A DNA stretch of 64,000 nt from Antedon mediterranea (taxonomy: Eukaryota > Animalia > Echinodermata): contig NC_092673.1 in NCBI RefSeq assembly GCF_964355755.1, forward strand, positions 5,270,001-5,334,000. Reading direction: 5' to 3'. Below, in pieces: positions 40,313 to 52,527 of the stretch. Under the pieces are notes generated by a model. It did not search any database. It saw nothing but the letters and a program-made list of their open reading frames with translations, and was not told the DNA's origin. Every line of letters begins with the position of its first letter. Positions within the stretch are counted from its first letter, which is position 1. A program made the position numbers and the translations under genes.

Positions 40313-40932
40313 AGCCCCCTTCCCTACGTTTTTTAGATCTAATTTAAGATCACAAACTATATTTAATGTAAAAATATACTATATGGTCCTATTGCGATAA
40401 CTTTTTTCGTCTTTAAACGGTTAAAAATGTGAAAAATAAGTCGATTCTAATAATTATAGCGGCCCGCTATAAATCCCAAAATGCATTGCGCGCGGATTGA
40501 TATTTTTGTTTTTCACCTGTAATTCGCCCACTTTTCGATCGATCGTGAGGCCAAAACAAATGGAAGACTTTTCAGCGAAAATACCAGGTTTTCGTCAATT
40601 TGTATCAACGGAGTCTGGCAAAAATAGAAAGACAATTAATGCAGCAACTATACAACGTCAGGCTAGGTATATAGCTAGCGTACGATGTTCGTACGTTACC
40701 GATGTTTACCAGCTAGGCCTACAAAACTAAGCCTAGCTAGGCTAGGCCTAAGACCGTCCACGGGAGGTCGATCGCCGCGAGCTACTTAGGTAGTGCATTG
40801 TTTCTCACTTTTTATCATAATTTACCATAAAACGTACATTTAAGACAAGGAATGACATGGTTTAATGTTTTTAAAGTGATATATATATGTATTATTTTCC
40901 AAAAAACGTCCAAAATTGCAGGGAAGGGGTCT
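40313..40932. mobile_element. Non-autonomous Kolobok-like DNA transposon (620 bp)
   Basis: ttaa|AGCCCCCTTCCCTAC ... GCAGGGAAGGGGTCT|ttaa; TTAA TSD with RR..YY termini; CpG-richer interior. Confidence 0.8.
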
Positions 40933-41688
40933 TTAATTTTAATTACGTCTTAACTCCCCGCATTTTTTACCAAGATCACGCCATAAAACATTTCCTACAG
41001 CGCTCAATGCTGCTGCGAAAAAATAAATAACCAGTTAATATTTATGTGTAAATAAATTACCCTAAATTTTTTTACATTAAAGATGGGACAAATTTAAAAT
41101 AACCAGTTAAATGGCAGCCCCAAAATAATGGTTAAAAAACAATGCAATTTATTATTTGGGTAATGTTTTTATCCTCGCTTGTTTTTTAAACCAAATTTAG
41201 CAGAAATGCAGTCAATATAAAGATGATATTTTTAAATCTATTTTCAAATGCTACACAACAGAAACAGACCCATCAATGATGCCAAGACCCTGTGAAATGT
41301 GGAACTGATTAAGATATGCACAAATTTGATTGAATAAAATAATTAATTTATAAAGCAGTTTTAACAAGATATGGATATCATATTTTCCAATTAACATCTC
41401 CTTATGTTATTACATTTACAAAATATGGCAATGTTGCGAATAGCAAACAAGTGACTGTATTGGAAGTGGAAGGAGACATCTCATCAACAACAAAAGGCAA
41501 TGTAAATGTCAAATACTCCTATGCAATCAGTCTATGACGCCAAATGTCTACACAGGGGACGCGGCTCAAGGGAAGGCAAAACACGACTAAGTAATGATAA
41601 TAATAATCAACACTTACAATGAAATCAAACAATGAATTATTATTTATATTATTATAAAATATTGCTTGTTTGGTAAAATTTGTATAAG

Positions 41689-41840
41689 CATCTGTTTCTG
41701 CTGAAAAAATTGTTTGTCATTAAAACACGCAATAAATCGGTTATTTTTTAATCAGTTATGTCATTTTGCGTAGTTTTTGCTGCCCAAAAATAATCGGATA
41801 TTCCGTTAACCGATTATTCCTACTCAGCAGAAACAGGCCC
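41689..41840. mobile_element. Short Harbinger-like MITE
   Basis: taa|gcatctgtttctgctga ... tcagcagaaacaggccc|tta; related termini near 41260-41270 and 55561-55575. Confidence 0.6.
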
Positions 41841-43699
41841 TTAGATTATACAAGGATTGGGAAAGGGTGGGAAGAAATTAATAACAGAATTAGAAATAAT
41901 CACTACAGAGTATTTACATATAAAATGCATAAGTAAGCCATTTTGTAGGTAAAACTTTTAAAACGCATCAGTATTAAAAGTTCAACTGATAATTACAATC
42001 AATATTTGTGTGGGCATTTTAATGGTTGAATATAATATATTATTCTATATTATTAATTAATATTATTTATTCATAAGGCGGCACTATATTACTATTTGGA
42101 GTTCAAATGAACCATTGTAACCAACCTTGTACTACAACATACTACCTAGTGATTATTTGCACTTTGCAGATAATTAAATCGTACAGTTCATCAACGTCCT
42201 AATTGTCACTGATTAAAAGTGCAAATTACATTAACCTGTAGCATTAAAGGGCAACCACATTTGCCACAATCAAGTGTTGACAAAAGGCAGCCAGCACTTT
42301 TCAACTGTCCCCTACCAGCAAAAACACAGTCATCAATAATATTATTAGCATTTAGTAGACCAGAAAATACAATATGCATACTAGGTAGATTGAAATAGAA
42401 CATATATGCAGGGAAAAAACCTTTACTTCTTAATTCTGACGGTAAAATACATTTTTTATCTTGACTGCGTATCGATCGGAAATTTAACTTGGCTATGATA
42501 CAGAAGAAAAACTTGTGATTCACACTTGACTTGTATAAACATCTACTATTACTAATTACTCACTTGACTCTAGAATTATCCTTTATCCGAGTTACGCTAT
42601 GCATTCACAGAACTAGTTATACCTTATTAGTATTATTATTTAATAGTTGGAACATATGGCTGATAAAACATACAGCAAATCACCTTCTGTTTGGTACTCA
42701 AGAGTCAGTGTGGTAAGCCAAGTATTGACGACAATATTGTTCTTCTAAATGAAAGAGCTAAAAATATCCTTTTCTTCGTAGAAGTGATAGATACGGTTAC
42801 TGTAGGCAGGCATAAACACATAAAAAAGTCCTTGATAAAGGTTGCAGACGCTGTAATCAATTATATAACTTTGATTAATAAGTTTCCAATTAAGTGCTGA
42901 AGATAGATGATTACGTAATTGAAAGCATGGTTTGCCAAGGTACGCTTGTTCACTACATGCTATCAACAGAGCATCAGCAAGCAGTTATTATTGACTGTGT
43001 GTGATAATAAAGCCAGCTAGCTAGGTGGCTGCCGGAACTACTTTCACAGTGTCAGTGACCTCATTGTATTGTTTATTGGTGTAGAATTCTAATGATTTTG
43101 TGCATTCCTATAAAGTTGCAGTATTTTGAATGTTTATTAGGAGCCAGACTATAACCATTGCTTTAATTAACCTTTTTTTTATACTCGTTGATAATGATAT
43201 ATATAATACAATTATTAATCTGTAAAACAGATTTTTACACTTGAGTTTTACAACTTTGTTATATTTGCGGTATATCAACCACACACTTCAAAGTACTGGG
43301 ATATAAAGTAAATATTAATGAACAATGGAACTTTTGCCTTTTATATATTTTATTGTGGTTAGTTGAAGATAAATATCATTCAATGCACAATCTTGACATC
43401 AATTTATAAAATACTCAGATTTTTATCGCTCGCTACTTAAATTTTTACACAATAGCTTTGTAATCTTTTCTCATAATGAGGGCAAGATATATACTTTTAC
43501 TTTTTCAAATATATGGAGCCAAAGAAACATGTATTAAACAATAACTTTTTAGGTAATTCATAGCTTGATGTACTATTATCACAGTTCTGGTTGACCAGTT
43601 TGGGGCAGTTGACTTACTCACCCTGTTTGTAGGAATGGGGATGCTACAGTATCATAAAGTGTTGTTTAGGTTTTAGTCAAATACAGCTAGCCTACTGAA

Positions 43700-43890
43700 C
43701 TAGATCAAGTTGTAGAACCGTAATACATAGCCAAACATCGACAAGGGTTTGAGGATCACTTGCTCCATGGTTCTGGTGGTAAAACAAGTCTTCTTGGATA
43801 AACCGTAGGTCCAGTATACACAAAATGTTTGTGTGCACTTTAGAGAACCTACGGTATTACATCTTTCCGGTGTACCAGCTCACACCATGG
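43700..43890 (+). mobile_element. Degenerate copy of the tRNA/Deu(Nin)-domain SINE
   Basis: ctccatggttctggtggtaaaacaagtcttcttggata..aaccgtaggtccagt.tacaca..gtgtgcacttta.agaaccta matches 59752-60073. Confidence 0.8.
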
Positions 43891-45204
43891 AGGAAAGTTT
43901 CCTCCATGCTCACACATTCACTATCATGGAACATTCCATTTGAATTAAACAAAGACATTTTATCCAAACATTATAAGATAATATCTTGTTAATACTACAA
44001 AAGATGCATAAGGCATTACAATAATATTACAGATTGTGTTAGCAGGAAGAAATAGGCAGTATGGTTGATGAGAAGCATGTAATCAGGCAGGTCATGTCAC
44101 ATTTCATATCTACCTGATTAGGTTGACATTTATGAAGGCCTAGGCACATCTGCCTGCTTGTCTCAAATTATCCTCCAGAGTGATGTTGTAGCTACAGGCA
44201 TCTGACTGCAGTAATTCCAATAAATCACAAGCAAGGGATCAGCTTCAAAGTTGCATAACATTGATTATTACATATTTTCATTTTATATCAAATTTATTTT
44301 AAGCCGAATGGAATTCAAAATGGATAAGTTGACAATCAGATGATGATGAAAGTTCTTAGCCATGTTTAAAAAGTCATCAACCGATGTAATACTGATTCTT
44401 TTTATATAGTAACTCAGAATATCTTATTGCTTAGAAAGAATAAAGTTATTGAAAAAAGGGGAGTTTTTTTTTTAAGACTTTCGAGATTAGCCAATAATCA
44501 AGTAAATATTCTCCAACAGATCTCCATTATATTATTTCTACAATGTGGTTGGTTTCGGGTCAATAAAACTATAGTAAAAAGTAGTTCATTTTTCTGCCAC
44601 AATCAGGTTGTTTGCCCTTCAAGGACGACCTGTGCCTTTGTACAAGACCACCTAACCGCTAAGTTTAAAATAACTCCCTTTACTTGTTCCACTTAAAGAG
44701 CACAACCTTTTAACAATCAAAAATAGTAATCTACCTTGAACCAACCATCTATTCACATTCAGCTGATGGTTATCATGCTAGAAATGTTGTTGACTTCTAT
44801 AAACTTACACAAACAATTATAATGGTGAAGGAATTTCTTTTTTAAATCCTTATAAATCTATGATCCTCCGTTAGACTTAACCCATTTCAATAAAGAACAA
44901 AAACACTACTTATTACACTAAAAGGTAGCTTCATTGTAAATACTGAATTGTTTCCCTGAAACACAACAATTAAGGATATATTGAAAGCCTCTCAAACAGA
45001 TATGTAAACATTCAACCTATATTAAGCTTTTGGAAAAAGAAAGCTTTTGTAATAATACGTAGCCTTTTAAACAACAAAGAACAGCAGCTCTGTAGGGAAG
45101 CTGTTTTTATTGCAAATAAACCTGATTTCCCCTCCAGTAGTGAATTTCTGGCAAGCAGAAACAGGTGAGTTGGATGAAATCTCCAATATAGATGAATGAT
45201 TAGC

Positions 45205-45455
45205 ATTACTAGTCAACTTAACATCTGTAAACTATTACAAACAAGTTTTACTATATAAATTAAATAATCATTCAATCTATCTCTACACCTGTATTAACCA
45301 AAAAGAGAAAAAATAAAATGGTTTAATGGACATCTTCACACTAGCCATTACTAGTCAAATCAACATCTGTAAAAACTGTTTTAACATTATTAACAAGTTC
45401 TACTAATACAAATTAAAACGCTCAATCCATCTCTATTAACCAAAAAGAGAAAAAA
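45205..45455. repeat. Diverged direct duplication (~140 bp x2)
   Basis: cattactagtcaa.t.aacatctgtaaa...aacaagtt.tacta...tcaatc.atctcta...ttaaccaaaaagagaaaaaa occurs twice. Confidence 0.8.
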
Positions 45456-46319
45456 TTAAATTGTTTATTTAATTAAACATCTTCCCACTACAGAAATGTT
45501 CAAACTTTTCCTCCATTTTATCTGCACTGACAAAGGAATAACTCCAGAAACCACATCAAAAATCGTTTTCATTCTCTTTATTTACACCTGGCCACTGGCA
45601 ACTCCACTTTCCAGCCCCTTGGAAAAGCTTATTAACCAGACATTATTTCCAAACATGCATGTTACATTTCAAGGAATTCGTACAATAATAAGTAGAAAAC
45701 AAAATGATGTACAGATTAAGAGCTAGATTAATACCATTAGAAAGCCAATAATTTAACCGAATTAGCAATGGCTTTTCAATTATTTGCGACTGTTATGCTA
45801 TGCCTCAAAGGCTCAATAACCTACAAATATTTTGCAGAATTACTTGATAATGTATAACGAATGGCTTGCCTGGATAACGACATTTCAAAGAGATTTGAAT
45901 ACATGAGTAGAGCGTGCAATAAAGTAATTGCATTCGTGTCTCAATTTTTTGCAGAATGTATAAGTTTCATCAACAACGTTTCCATTTTCAATTTTCAGTA
46001 TGTTTGGCTGCTAAGATACTGTAAATAATACAGTTAAACGGATGTTTGAATGCCATTTTATCACTTTACAATTGCAATGCAAAATAAATGTTAATTGGTT
46101 AAACCAATGTTGACGATGCATCCGATTAAACAAGCCCTTAATGTACTGTTTTGCAGTGACGCTGTTCATACGCACTAGATGTTGTTAACTCTAATATAAA
46201 TCGGTTTCAGGAACATCAAATGTAAGCTCAATTCTAAATCAAAATGTAAAGTTTAGATAAGCAATGGAAATACGATTCCAACAGAATACAACATGCGATT
46301 TATATATATTTTTCTTTTC

Positions 46320-46422
46320 AGCTTTAAGTGACAAACAAATATGTGTCATATTATTAACATATTTGGTCATATCACTACCATACTTGGACACATCACACTA
46401 GTTTGACAATGTAGACATAGCT
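46320..46422 (-). mobile_element. MITE family A degenerate copy
   Basis: catatcactaccatacttggacacatcacactagtttgacaatgtagacatagct|tta. Confidence 0.7.
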
Positions 46423-46819
46423 TTACTCTGATAAAGAAAAGAGCATGTGATCAAGCTAATGAAGTTAATAAAAGAAAAACCAACACCTGGGAATTTCTAT
46501 CAATGAGACCTAGAAATGAAGTCAAGGATGATGTGTGGTGAACTTGGCTAGAAGGAAAACAACACATTCCATTGTATTAAATAATCCTTCAATCATATTC
46601 ACATTAGTACAATATGACCTCATTTAAATTTCAAATAATAGATAAAAGCAGGACAGGATGATAAAGAAAGACATTAAAATCAGATCCTGGGAACAATTCA
46701 TATTACTAACATCATCTGCTAAAACTACTGTATATATAAATATAAATCAAAGAGCTGCATAGGCAAGGCAGATACAGTAGGAAAAATCGAAATAAAACAT
46801 GTTAAAACTGCCTCAATAT

Positions 46820-46870
46820 AAATTTATTAACATGACATGTTTCGGGAATAGCCCATCATCAGGTAAACAG
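46820..46870 (-). ncRNA. Degenerate minimal hammerhead ribozyme motif of Penelope-like pLTR type
   Basis: CTGATGA-T-GGG-CTATT-CCC-GAAA-CAT-GTC: core boxes, stem II and palindromic ACATGT stem III are present; stem I pairs poorly. Confidence 0.5.
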
Positions 46871-48335
46871 AATTGTAACTAAGAATAACATATATATCAT
46901 CAGTCACAAAATTACATAATGAAACAAATGTATAGTTCAGTATGTTATTACTTAACTACAGTACATTACTATCAAGTTTCCTAAATCATTAATGATCAAT
47001 TGTAATAATGTTCGAAATATAGGACAAGAGATCAAATTATTAATAATGAAAATGTTGAAATGTTAGAAATGTCACATTTTAAAATTTTAATTATGAATGT
47101 TTGATAACCTAACCTTTTTGTTTTGATGATTATTGCGGTAATTTTCCTTTGAAATTAAATATCAACCGAAATTAACTAGATCTTTAAAAATGCTATTTAA
47201 AATGATAATCTTCGTTGATGTAGAATGAGATAATTTCCATATTAAAGTTAATCTTGAAATTGAAGAGCATTTGTGAACAAGGACATAGATTATCATGTTT
47301 ACAAGCAACAATAAAATGCTTTAACAATTCATTAAAGACTTTGGATTTGGAATCTTTATTAAAACCATTTTATCTTCTTAAAACATGCGGCCGAATAACC
47401 ATGTCAATTACGCAGTTGAACCTGCATTGGTGTGTTTTAAATTGTTTTGTAATTCTACTGTGATTTGTGTACTGGGCAAATAGTTTTTTTTACAGAGAAG
47501 GTTACACTATAAAAAATAAATAAATAAAAATAAACCTTTTAATTTTATCAAAGTATTTAGAAGATGTTTGAACACTGAATTTCCAAAAACAAGTTACAAG
47601 AAACAAAACAAGTACATCTCTAAAACATTATCATACTCTGCAAAATAGTGATACACTTATACAAACAGCATCCCCATCTTCTGTCATCAATATCTCATAA
47701 TTATCATATACGCAAGTTGTCAAATTGTATTTAGATTAAAATCGGAATACACTCGCTCAAAACATGTATGTATGAATTATGACTTGAGTCATCACCGAGC
47801 AACAGGAATTCCTAGTACCGTTATTATTTGCTCAATTTCCACGATCCAATTGGCGTTGGTCTTATCTCTATAATTCAAGCACCGGGCTCTGTTTCAAGTG
47901 TTACTGCCATTGGACACATTTCCTTCCCTTACTTGGGCCTACTTTTGTTTTTCATTCAACACAGCGAATGATTCATCCATACTCTGCTGTAAAATGAAAG
48001 TAGATGGATATGATATGAGTGTATCAGCATTTAGATCGGAAGAAAGTTAACAGGCTTTCTTTCTTGTTTATTGACGGTTGATATTCACCAAAATTGTATT
48101 CTATTGTAGAAAAAAATCTGTTAAAACCTAATTTTGTTGAACTAACGAGACTTCAGCAGAGGGCAAATGGGGTACCATACAATATATGATGACTAAAAGT
48201 AAAGGCTCAAGTGCTGATCCCTTGCCACAAAAGTCTGACTTTGAAAGAAGGCGACAGACTGAGCCATTTTAAATGCGGACTTTGTCTTTACCAAACTTCA
48301 CTTAAGCCAGGCTTGATATCAATATAATAATCCGG

Positions 48336-48404
48336 TAGACTTTAACTAAGTTCTTTTGTGATAACAGGCCTAGACTTTAACTAAGTTCTTTTGTGATAAC
48401 AGGC
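48336..48404. repeat. 35-bp tandem duplication
   Basis: tagactttaactaagttcttttgtgataacaggc x2. Confidence 0.9.
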
Positions 48405-50852
48405 TAGGCCGCTTAAAATTCTTTACCCCTAAAAAACAATATTTAGAGTTATGATTTACAGTTACAAACTCTCGTAAATTTACTAACTTTCAACTCAATA
48501 AATATTTGTGGGAATTCCCCAGAAATGTGTATATTTTACAAATAAAACTTTTATATTTTAATAATGGGTGGTTGACAATATTGTTAGACAACAAATAAAA
48601 CTTGGCCTAAAATCAGAGAATATTATACATCCCAGGATATTAGTAATGATGCCAATCAAATTCAATATCACATTCAATAGGAACATGGTAAAGTAGGTAA
48701 CAACATTTATCTAACTAACATATGTAATACAGTATATAAAATAATAATTACAAAATGTAGCAAGAAGCTTTAATAATCCAAATAATTTTTCAAAAGCAGA
48801 CAAATGCAACAAACACTAATACATTCTGAATCATATTAGCAATATAAAAATAGGAAAATGACCATATTATTTTCAGTAAAGTTAATGCACTTTTTACATC
48901 AAGATAAATTGAAATTGAGAGCATGAAACAGTGTACCCTGTACTAAAGAATCTAAGCCCTTGGGTTAGGCAGCGTAATTTGGCAGATTGATGAGAGAATT
49001 GTTGTCATCTACAGCTAGTTTTGTTTATTCCTAGGTCAAGAATTTTCAGTTCAATCAACAAGTATGAAGATTATTTAGCATCACTGTGTGTTAACTGTAG
49101 AAATATAACTATTAAAAAATAGAAATTAATTTATTGCCTGCCTTCAATAAGGCAAACCATTTATTGTAATTCTTTTTAGATGTTTATCGCATGTTTCCTG
49201 GGAGCAGACAATACAAAACCATATTATTTCCTTACTTTCTTTATTATGGTTTATTTTATTTAAATTGTACAGCTTTCAAATGTTCTATTACTATTAGCTA
49301 GGTTTCATGAAAAAGGAGTTGATGGATAAACTAAATTAAACCTTATATTAATAATATTGCATAAAAAAACCATTATATGAGACCTTGTAATAACAATGTA
49401 AACATAACATATTAACAATTTATGAGGAACTTTAATAAAAGTTTTTTTTAAATAGTATGGATATTTATCAAGCAAAACTTATAGGTTTTTATATTTTCAA
49501 GTGATGATGATCTAGATGGCAAAGTGATACAATGTTAGACATTTAATTATTGGAGCCCACAGTAATATATAAATTCTACCAGGGAGATTAAAATGTTTAC
49601 CAAATAAAACTATAGATGGCAGCAAACATATTTTAAATAACTGGTTAAACATTTGCTTTGTTTGCTTTGGTTTTTAGGGATTATCTAAAAAGTTTGTGTT
49701 TAAATTATATTGTAATCGTAAAGAAAAAATTTAAGATTTTTTTTAGTAAATCTAAATAAAATGTTCATACAGTAAGAAATGGTTTCTTTATTTGGTTTTA
49801 TTTATCTTAAAACTGAATTTTTTTAAATCAATTTTGCTTGCAATGTTGAAAATGAGTAGGATTGTAATACATTAGGACATACATCCTTCAAATCAATTTT
49901 CATAAGGTATATGCCTAGTTATACAAGTAATAATTATATGTTAAAAATAAGTAAAATATCTTTTTGCAATTCATTTAAATTTATTTGAACGATACATTTA
50001 TTTAAACTAACATTTTTTTTTTTTTTGCTCTACATATTATGCAACACACATGCCGAAATTATTGTACTGCAGTTACTGAAGTAACTATATTTTTTAACTG
50101 CAATAATCATAATGTATGAATTTATTTGTTCCTACAGTATGTTGTTTTTGTTCAATTGCAACAAATACAAAAATGCTAAATAACTCCCCAGTTTAAAGCG
50201 TAAACAGAACGTTAATGCAATAACTGCAGTAGAATCATTCCAAAATGTTGCTTTGATTAAATGTGAAGACAAATAGGAAAGTTCCATTTAAAAAAGATAA
50301 ATGTCTCCTGGATATCAAACGTGCAAATTCTCACTCATGGTGAGCCTTAAAACTTGACAAGATGAGTTTACACAGCTATCTGAAATAAGTATATCCATTT
50401 TGTTAGATCCCTGAAGACAGATAAGACGGCAATCAATATAAAAACTGCAATTAAAATGGAAATCTAATATAAATTGCAAAGCGTAACCTTGACTGATATT
50501 TCCAATGTTCATCTATAATTTTTGATACAATAACAACCCATATTTTTAAATATGAATAATATTTTACTCATTATTTTCTTTAAGATATTGTTCGCCGATA
50601 TAACGTACGTCTCAAGGACGAGAACAACTAAATCAGGGAAATATATGTTTATGACATTCTTAGTTTAGTAATAAAGTTAAAGACAACTATTTTAATCAAT
50701 CTTTAATTTACAGGGTTGGTATCTGCTAAAAGAAGTTTAATATGGAGGTAATAAACGTTATATTTTTGAGAAAAGAAATGAATGAACAAATACAGTATAA
50801 GAACGAGTAGAGGCCCATGGAGTATGGGTACGTAAACTATCAAAAATTAGGT

Positions 50853-52527
50853 GGTGGGGCGGGGTTAATACTCATATTGGTGGGGCGGGGTTATACTCAT
50901 ATTGGTGGGGCGGGGTTATACTCATATTGGTGGGGCGGGGTTATACTCATATTGGTGGGGCGGGGTTATACTCATATTGGTGGGGCGGGGTTATACTCAT
51001 ATAGGTGGGGAGGGGTTATACTCATATAGGTGGGGAGGGGTTATACTCATATAGGTGGGGAGGGGTTATACTCATATAGGTGGGGAGGGGTTATACTCAT
51101 ATAGGTGGGGAGGGGTTATACTCATATAGGTGGGGAGGGGTTATACTCATATAGGTGGGGAGGGGTTATACTCATATAGGTGGGGAGGGGTTATACTCAT
51201 ATAGGTGGGGAGGGGTTATACTCATATTGGTGGGGCGGGGTTATACTCATATAGGTGGGGAGGGGTTATACTCATATAGGTGGGGAGGGGTTATACTCAT
51301 ATAGGTGGGGAGGGGTTATACTCATATAGGTGGGGAGGGGTTATACTCATATAGGTGGGGAGGGGTTATACTCATATTGGTGGGGCGGGGTTATACTCAT
51401 ATAGGTGGGGAGGGGTTATACTCATATAGGTGGGGAGGGGTTATACTCATATTGGTGGGGAGGGGTTATACTCATATAGGTAGGGAGGGGTTATACTCAT
51501 ATAGGTGGGGAGGGGTTATACTCATATAGGTGGGGAGGGGTTATACTCATATAGGTGGGGAGGGGTTATACTCATATTGGTGGGGAGGGGTTATACTCAT
51601 ATAGGTAGGGAGGGGTTATACTCATATAGGTGGGGAGGGGTTATACTCATATAGGTGGGGAGGGGTTATACTCATATAGGTGGGGAGGGGTTATACTCAT
51701 ATAGGTGGGGAGGGGTTATACTCATATTGGTGGGGCGGGGTTATACTCATATAGGTGGGGAGGGGTTATACTCATATTGGTGGGGCGGGGTTATACTCAT
51801 ATAGGTGGGGCGGGGTTATACTCATATAGGTGGGGAGGGGTTATACTCATATTGGTGGGGCGGGGTTATACTCATATAGGTGGGGAGGGGTTATACTCAT
51901 ATAGGTGGGGAGGGGTTATACTCATATAGGTGGGGAGGGGTTATACTCATATAGGTGGGGAGGGGTTATACTCATATAGGTGGGGAGGGGTTATACTCAT
52001 ATAGGTGGGGAGGGGTTATACTCATATAGGTGGGGAGGGGTTATACTCATATAGGTGGGGAGGGGTTATACTCATATAGGTGGGGAGGGGTTATACTCAT
52101 ATTGGTGGGGCGGGGTTATACTCATATAGGTGGGGAGGGGTTATACTCATATAGGTGGGGAGGGGTTATACTCATATAGGTGGGGAGGGGTTATACTCAT
52201 ATTGGTGGGGAGGGGTTATACTCATATTGGTGGGGAGGGGTTATACTCATATTGGTGGGGAGGGGTTATACTCATATTGGTGGGGCGGGGTTATACTCAT
52301 ATTGGTGGGGCGGGGTTATACTCATATTGGTGGGGCGGGGTTATACTCATATTGGTGGGGAGGGGTTATACTCATATTGGTGGGGCGGGGTTATACTCAT
52401 ATTGGTGGGGCGGGGTTATACTCATATTGGTGGGGCGGGGTTATACTCATATTGGTGGGGCGGGGTTATACTCATATTGGTGGGGCGGGTTATACTCATA
52501 TAGGTGGGGAGGGGTTATACTCATATT
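50853..52527 (+). repeat. G-rich 25-bp minisatellite, ~67 copies (GGTGGGG[A/C]GGGGTTATACTCATAT[A/T])
   Basis: Uninterrupted array with two main variant positions. Confidence 0.98.

Noticed and set aside
42206-42523. 105-aa ORF with a CGKCGC motif as a possible alternative exon
   Set aside because: No recognisable homology and only weak splice signals.
50853-52527. CRISPR-like array
   Set aside because: Units are contiguous with no unique spacers, the context is eukaryotic, and there are no cas genes.
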